Both the position numbers and the translations under genes were made by a program. Of a stretch of 64,000 nt of DNA, positions 55,835 through 64,000 are shown piece after piece. Every line of letters starts with the position of its first letter. Position 1 is the stretch's first letter. A model generated the notes under the pieces. It worked only from the letters and a program-made list of their open reading frames with translations. It was not told the DNA's origin and ran no database searches. Source of the stretch: an uncultured Nitrososphaerales archaeon (GTDB lineage: Archaea; Thermoproteota; Nitrososphaeria; Nitrososphaerales; Nitrososphaeraceae); assembly GCA_963841565.1 (NCBI GenBank), contig CAWJCY010000001.1, forward strand, positions 64,001 to 128,000. Reading direction: 5' to 3'.

Positions 55835-56097
55835 GAATAAATACTACATGTTTGGTCACGGAGGCAGCTGTGGCACTCATGCTCATTGGAGCAGCAGCTT
55901 TTGCAACAGACAGCGCATTTGCAGTCAGACATATACACAAGAAGTACGATGAGTCAATCAATTTTACATGCAAATGAATGAGGACAAAAGGATTCTTGAC
56001 AAAGAACTTCGAATTTCAAAATACTGCATCTCTGATTCAAGGAGATGAGAACAAAGTGCCACAGGCATTAGTGTTAGTATTCGCAAACGTAATATGA
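55835..56097 (+). pseudogene. Remnant of a small secreted protein
   Basis: Signal-peptide-like AAVALMLIGAAAFATDSAFA, then a stop, and later FQNTASLIQGDENKV; limits approximate. Confidence 0.45.
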
Positions 56098-56377
56098 TGG
56101 GAATGAAAGTTAGTAATTGAACTATTTTTTCTATTGTTATAGCAGCTATGCGTCATCATACCCGATTTCTCTGAAATATGACCCAGATCTAATTATTACT
56201 ACTCGAATTTCATCAAAGTATAGAGGAGCAAGATGTAGATATCTTTTCTTAGTATGAAGTTTATAATTACTGAGTTCAGAAGCTGCTATTCCAAATGGAC
56301 AAAATAGAACGGTCGTTTGAATGCCGAGTGAACATACTATAAGGCAATTCTTTCTGAATACTTTGAGAATGATAATA

Positions 56378-56451
56378 AGCCTTGACCGGGATTTGGACCC
56401 GGGACCTTTGCCTTACCAAGGCAACGCTCTACCAGGCTGAGCTATCAAGGC
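56378..56451 (-). tRNA. tRNA-Thr(GGT)
   Basis: GCCTTGA/TCAAGGC acceptor, TTGCC-TT-GGT-AA-GGCAA anticodon arm, T-loop TCCAAAT. Confidence 0.95.
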
Positions 56452-56747
56452 ACTAACAACGCACTGCAAGGCTGGAAGTAACATTCGCTACGGCCACCTA
56501 CATAAGCTTAACTGCACTCTTTTTACCCAAGTTCGCATTTTCACCTCAAGGTGCAGCGTCCTAAATTCGCTATCCTTCAGCATCTTAAAGTGTTCCCTTA
56601 TTGGATTGTCGATTTTCGTGATACGGGTTTGGTAGCAGAGAAATTTTCAGAATCTGGAAAACAAGCCCCATTTTTGGACTGTTCTCAAATTTGCTGGTTC
56701 TTGTAAGATTTAAGTAAGGACTAGTCGATCCGTCTTATGAAGTAGCA

Positions 56748-56867
56748 GCGGGGGTTGTAGAGCCTGGCCAAATTGTTATCGTATGCTTGGAGACGCGGGA
56801 CTTAAGATCACAGTTATAGGTGATCCCGTCTCTCAGGGGTTCGTGGGTTCGAATCCCACCCCCCGCA
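56748..56867 (+). tRNA. tRNA-Leu(TAA) with two introns (56774-56792 at 23/24; 56807-56822 at 37/38)
   Basis: GCGGGGG/CCCCCGC acceptor, long variable arm, BHB central helices CCAA/TTGG and CTTA/TAGG. Confidence 0.93.
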
Positions 56868-57507
56868 TCAAATTGGTGCGATCCCTGAATTCATTGGCAG
56901 ACCTGATAAGGTGCAGATGAAATCTATTGTCAGAGCCAAGTTCAGGATGAAAAGCTGTGGCAATTATATTGTCTTGCTTTACTGCTACAACCTTGTCCTC
57001 TAACTTTGCAATAACTTGAACCCCTTCCTCAGCTTTCGACACTATGGGAGCCCGTATAAATATGCCTTTGAAAGGCCTTTTTCCCATCATAGGGATTTCC
57101 AAATTTGCCTCAAAGGAATCCTTTTGCCTTCCGAAAGCGTTTCTTTCTACTACTATGTTCAACAACGATAGTAACTTTTGTTTTGTTTGTCCAATTACCC
57201 TATCATGAGCTCTGGTGGATAGGATAATCATACCTGCACAAGTTCCTAGAACTGGCATCCCCCTAGATACTACATCGGCGATTTTACGAAAAAGCTCCCC
57301 ATTAACTGTAACCAATTTGCTGATTACAGTGCTTTCTCCACCAGGCAAAATCAAACCACTAATTCCAGAAATGTCTTTAGAGTGTCGAACAATTCTTACG
57401 TCACCTTTCTTTCCGAGATAATTAAATGCGGTCCTTGTCTGGGAAACGTTCTCCTCGACATCTCCTTGAATTCCTAGTACTCCTATTATAAGACCGTCCT
57501 TTCTCAT
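56833..57507 (-). CDS. pdxT: PLP synthase glutaminase subunit
   Basis: GIQGD, PGGEST, GTCAG, RNAFGRQ, FIRAP, FHPEL. Confidence 0.95.
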   Translation of the reverse strand: MRKDGLIIGVLGIQGDVEENVSQTRTAFNYLGKKGDVRIVRHSKDISGISGLILPGGESTVISKLVTVNGELFRKIADVVSRGMPVLGTCAGMIILSTRAHDRVIGQTKQKLLSLLNIVVERNAFGRQKDSFEANLEIPMMGKRPFKGIFIRAPIVSKAEEGVQVIAKLEDKVVAVKQDNIIATAFHPELGSDNRFHLHLIRSANEFRDRTNLMRGVGFEPTNP

Positions 57508-58475
57508 ACGGATGGTCCTCTTTCCTGCATCCTCAAAGCTAAGTTCTGAGTATCAAGGCCTAACATAGATTTCTTTTCGTCAACCATTTTCTGTGATTCA
57601 AGTACAGTTGCAGGGTCATCAAAGTATGTAGTGGCAAGGACTATCGCCTGAGCTCGTTGTGAAGCATCATCTGCCTTGAAAATACCGGAACCTACAAACA
57701 CGCCGTCACATCCAAGATTCATCAGAAGTGCGGCGTCAGCAGGTGTGGAGATTCCACCTGCTGCAAAATTTACTACTGGTAACCTTCCTAACCTAGCCGT
57801 CTCTTCAACAATAGGCAAAGCCGATTGTAACTGTCTAGACGTCTTTATGAGTTCCTGCGGATCATCTGCTATTGAATTAAGCCTTCGTATATCATTATTG
57901 ACCGCCTTAATATGTGAAACTGCTTCAGCTACATTGCCAGTCCCTGGTTCACCTTTGGTTCTAATCATAGAACATCCCTCTTCTATTCTGCGGAGGGCTT
58001 CGCCGAGATTTTTAGCTCCATTTACAAATGGTACCCTGAAATTCCATTTCCAAAGATGGTTATCTTCATCAGCTGGTGTAAGTACTTCGCTTTCATCAAT
58101 CGTATCAACACCTATCTCCTCTAAAATTTGAGCTTCTCCGAGATGACCTATCCTGCACTTGGCCATGATAGGGATCGTAACTGCGTCCATTATTTCTTGG
58201 ACAACCTTCACACTAGCAGTCCTTGCTACACCGCCTGCCAACCGGACATCGAATGGGAGTTTATCGAGCACCATTACAGCAACCGCTCCTGCATCTTCCG
58301 CAATTTGCGCTTGCTCAATATTGGTGACATCCATAATAACTCCATGTTTCTGCATATGCGCGAATCCTCTCTTAACCAAGGTTGTTCCGGTAGTAAATGG
58401 AGAATGAGAACCGATAACACGCCTTTGAATAGTCCTCTGCTCAATAATTTCGGATGGGACGAGAGATATCGTCAT
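57504..58475 (-). CDS. pdxS: PLP synthase lyase subunit
   Basis: [41 protein letters not shown]. Confidence 0.97.
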   Translation of the reverse strand: MTISLVPSEIIEQRTIQRRVIGSHSPFTTGTTLVKRGFAHMQKHGVIMDVTNIEQAQIAEDAGAVAVMVLDKLPFDVRLAGGVARTASVKVVQEIMDAVTIPIMAKCRIGHLGEAQILEEIGVDTIDESEVLTPADEDNHLWKWNFRVPFVNGAKNLGEALRRIEEGCSMIRTKGEPGTGNVAEAVSHIKAVNNDIRRLNSIADDPQELIKTSRQLQSALPIVEETARLGRLPVVNFAAGGISTPADAALLMNLGCDGVFVGSGIFKADDASQRAQAIVLATTYFDDPATVLESQKMVDEKKSMLGLDTQNLALRMQERGPSV

Positions 58476-58607
58476 TTAAAAGAGTGTACTGCTAACAGTT
58501 ATTTAGAGATTAGTGTCAAGTATCAATTGGAGAATGAGCACCCCTTTTGAACCATGTTCAAATTGTTATTAAAAGTATAATAACTGACAAACTGGATATT
58601 TTAAGAT

Positions 58608-58751
58608 ATGGTTGATGAGACCAAGGTGGATCCTCCGCCATGCGATATATGCGGCAACGCTTTAGAAGCATGCTTGTGTGTTTGTCCATATTGTGGTGAA
58701 CGAGATAAATGTGAATGTTGCCTCTATGATGCTGCGACTGGTGGCGGATGA
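58608..58751 (+). CDS. 47-aa Cys-rich peptide with C-terminal GGG
   Basis: MVDETKVDPPPCDICGNALEACLCVCPYCGERDKCECCLYDAATGGG; AT-rich promoter-like sequence upstream. Confidence 0.75.
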   Translation: MVDETKVDPPPCDICGNALEACLCVCPYCGERDKCECCLYDAATGGG

Positions 58752-58813
58752 ATTCTGGTATGAAATAAAATTGTAAACTAATAAAAGCTGGCTAATTAGA
58801 ATCATTAACATCG

Positions 58814-61772
<2,959 letters not shown>

Positions 61773-61918
61773 GCTAGCCACTAGATAACCACCTCTTTTC
61801 TTATTGGGATTCAGGGTACTGGACCTATTTACAACTATTTCTGATCAACAATCAGTGGGTTCTGGCGACTACTAACGTCAGAAGCAGTTTAAGAATACAA
61901 CTAACTCTTACTGAAATG

Positions 61919-61935
61919 AAAAGAAAAAAAGAAAA
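61919..61935 (-). terminator. Oligo-T archaeal terminator after amoA
   Basis: Minus-strand TTTTCTTTTTTTCTTTT about 20 nt after the amoA stop. Confidence 0.55.
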
Positions 61936-61953
61936 GGATTGCCGTAATTTGGC

Positions 61954-62604
61954 TTAGTCCCACTTACTCCAAGCGGCCATCCATCTGTAAGTCCACGTAT
62001 TGAGTTTTGCACCCAAAGCTGCTATTGGCACAGATAGCACGGCTCCCGCGCCAGCTCCTAAGGCTACTGGACTATTATAGAATTTACCGACTTGTGGTTC
62101 GATTGGTGTCATGTATGGAGGCAGTGTTGGTCTTGGATACTTGAATGCCATTTCTAGCGGATCGCGTATGGTCAATAGGTTGATCATGTTAAACAATGGC
62201 AGTGAAAGTCCAACCAATGTTCCTCCTATTAGTATCGCCGCATGTTTGTTCCTTCTTGTTGCCCAGTAAGACAGGTCCAGCAACATTGCAGATGGAATCC
62301 ACACCGGTACCGTAATGAAGTCGTATGGATATCCAAGAGCAAACCAAGCCCCTTTCGCAACCCATGTATAAATCGTCATTATAGTGGCATAGTAGGTCGC
62401 TGTCCCTGGCACTCCCGTAAACAACATGTAATATATGGCACCCACAACGAGCATCGTCGACTGCGATATAGAGAACACGACGAATGAAGTCCAAGCCCAA
62501 TCAGTGTAGAATATGTAGTCTCCTGCATTAATAGTCAGCAGCGTGCTGTTAACAGCTACGACAACTATGAACAGATAATGCGTTGTGCGTCTTAGCCAGA
62601 CCAT
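61954..62604 (-). CDS. amoA: Archaeal ammonia monooxygenase subunit A
   Basis: MVWLRRTTHYLF...NAGDYIFYTDWAWTS...WMAAWSKWD, 216 aa. Confidence 0.99.
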   Translation of the reverse strand: MVWLRRTTHYLFIVVVAVNSTLLTINAGDYIFYTDWAWTSFVVFSISQSTMLVVGAIYYMLFTGVPGTATYYATIMTIYTWVAKGAWFALGYPYDFITVPVWIPSAMLLDLSYWATRRNKHAAILIGGTLVGLSLPLFNMINLLTIRDPLEMAFKYPRPTLPPYMTPIEPQVGKFYNSPVALGAGAGAVLSVPIAALGAKLNTWTYRWMAAWSKWD

Positions 62605-62716
62605 TAACAACTCTCTGCTAGAGGTTATATATAAAATTTATCTACGCTCGCAAAAAACTTGCTGATAAAAAACAGTACTATAATGCGTAACTTGCCGCTA
62701 AAAAATAAGGAATAAT

Positions 62717-63016
62717 TCAGTACGGACGTAGAGGTTTTTCTGTTGCGATCTTCCACATCCAGAAGAAGCCTAGAGCTTCGATAACAGTAAGCACAGATAG
62801 GGCGTATATACCACTTGGCAGAGGATATGCCCAAGGATAAACAGTTACGCCTACATAAACACCGCCAGCTGTTGCAGCCCAGCACAATGCAAAGCCTAGA
62901 ATTAAGATACCCCTGTAATTTTCGACTCTGCGTCCGATCATCTTCTCTACATCGTCTCTACTACCGCCTCCTTCAACTCGTCTGCCACCAGGCCCGAATC
63001 CCTTTGGTAAAGTCAT
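62717..63016 (-). CDS. amoX: Archaeal ammonia monooxygenase subunit X
   Basis: MTLPKGFG...DVEKMIGRRVEN...YPWAYPLPSGIYALSVLTVIE, two TMs, directly upstream of amoA. Confidence 0.9.
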   Translation of the reverse strand: MTLPKGFGPGGRRVEGGGSRDDVEKMIGRRVENYRGILILGFALCWAATAGGVYVGVTVYPWAYPLPSGIYALSVLTVIEALGFFWMWKIATEKPLRPY

Positions 63017-63289
63017 CTTATACAATACCTGATCAGTACTTACCTTTTTAAATTTTGCTGTGCAAACTGAAATCAGATTGAAACCATGTATGCCAAAACA
63101 GATCCCATATCCAGGATCATCTCTATTCAAAGTTACAAATGAAGGAAATTCTTTACGGATTATGAATTCATTTCGAAAGTTTTGATCTGCCAAAACCAAG
63201 TTGTGCTTCATGAAGGAATAGAATTTCGATCTGTCGGTAACAGCAAAATATATATCTTTGTTTCTTCTGGTATCGCTTAGAAACGACAT

Positions 63290-63844
63290 ATGATTAACAA
63301 GGCTATAGTCTTGACAGGATTGGCTGCGGTATTAGTAATGTCTAGTGCATTCGCATTTATGCCTTCTGTAGAGGGACATGGTGTTCAGGCCCAGCTCCAG
63401 AGTAGGTTTGTGAGAATTCAAGACGAATCTTTTTCTGGTCAGACACTTCAGACTGGTGATGAGCTAACAGTAACTGGAACACTACAGAGTTTGGTGAACA
63501 GACCACTTAGAGCGTGGTTGTCGCTTTTCAGCGAATCAACAAATGCAGGCAACAGGTGGGAGTTCATAGCTCGTGATCCACCCGGCAACGTCTTTGACAT
63601 TGAACCAGAGGCTACAATTCCATACTCACTAACCGTCAGAGCGCTAGAACCGGGTATTTATCATGTCCATACACAGCTCAATATTCAGACCATTGGTCCA
63701 GGACTAGGTCCAGGACAAACCGTTCAAGTGACGGGCGACCCAATTTTCAAGCCAGTTCCATGGACGAATGTGTTCTATCAAGTAATATTGATCGGAGCAG
63801 GCTTGGGCGTAACATTTGCGACTAGACCGTGGCAAGTGATCTAG
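63290..63844 (+). CDS. amoB: Archaeal ammonia monooxygenase subunit B
   Basis: Signal peptide then HGVQAQLQSRF, YHVHTQ, C-terminal TM ending TRPWQVI. Confidence 0.98.
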   Translation: MINKAIVLTGLAAVLVMSSAFAFMPSVEGHGVQAQLQSRFVRIQDESFSGQTLQTGDELTVTGTLQSLVNRPLRAWLSLFSESTNAGNRWEFIARDPPGNVFDIEPEATIPYSLTVRALEPGIYHVHTQLNIQTIGPGLGPGQTVQVTGDPIFKPVPWTNVFYQVILIGAGLGVTFATRPWQVI

Positions 63845-64000
63845 TAATCACACACACTAACCAACCTCCCTCCTTTTTGTATTCGTTCAATAATTAGAAT
63901 TCTATTTAGAGAAAATCATTACGTTCTTGAAGCATTTATCGGGCTGAAATCACATCAGTTCCTACGAATCTCTTCAACGGATCAGGTACTTCTATCGTTC

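Noticed and set aside
54700-56377. Integrated element at the tRNA-Thr 3' end
   Set aside because: No integrase and no duplicated tRNA 3' end (att site) visible.
63017-63289. 91-aa N-terminal extension of AmoX
   Set aside because: Covers the divergent promoter region; recognisable AmoX begins at ATG 63016.

Overview
Chromosomal segment of an ammonia-oxidising archaeon (Nitrososphaerota, most likely soil-type Nitrososphaeraceae). This is shown by archaeal amoA-amoX with a divergent amoB, BHB intron-containing tRNAs, and archaeal informational genes (rps24e, rps27ae, srp54, rfcL, pus10, dph6, Sm-like). It also carries amt plus two P-II genes, an HD-hydrolase/ETF/FixC-FixX cluster, uvrBAC, part of the cobalamin pathway (cbiA, cbiC, cbiX, cbiG, cbiD), bacterial-type metK, argS, hflX, trpC, aconitase, pdxST and a 2-oxoacid:ferredoxin oxidoreductase. 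I saw no CRISPR array, rRNA, transposase or integrase. Main observations: (1) Five genes carry a single extra base, four of them at the same hexamer GCGAGC, which repairs to GCAGC; this is probably a motif-specific, possibly DNA-modification-driven, sequencing error. (2) Two unannotated, strand-specific structured RNA candidates, one in the cbiG leader and one upstream of pgp-argS. (3) An unannotated 47-aa, 9-Cys peptide ending in GGG in front of the oxidoreductase genes. (4) A Mesh1-like HD hydrolase heading a FixAB-CX cluster with bifurcating-type motifs. (5) tRNAs with non-canonical introns and T-loops, near a Pus10 with an altered catalytic motif. All functional calls come from motif recognition by eye; no database searches or folding software were run.
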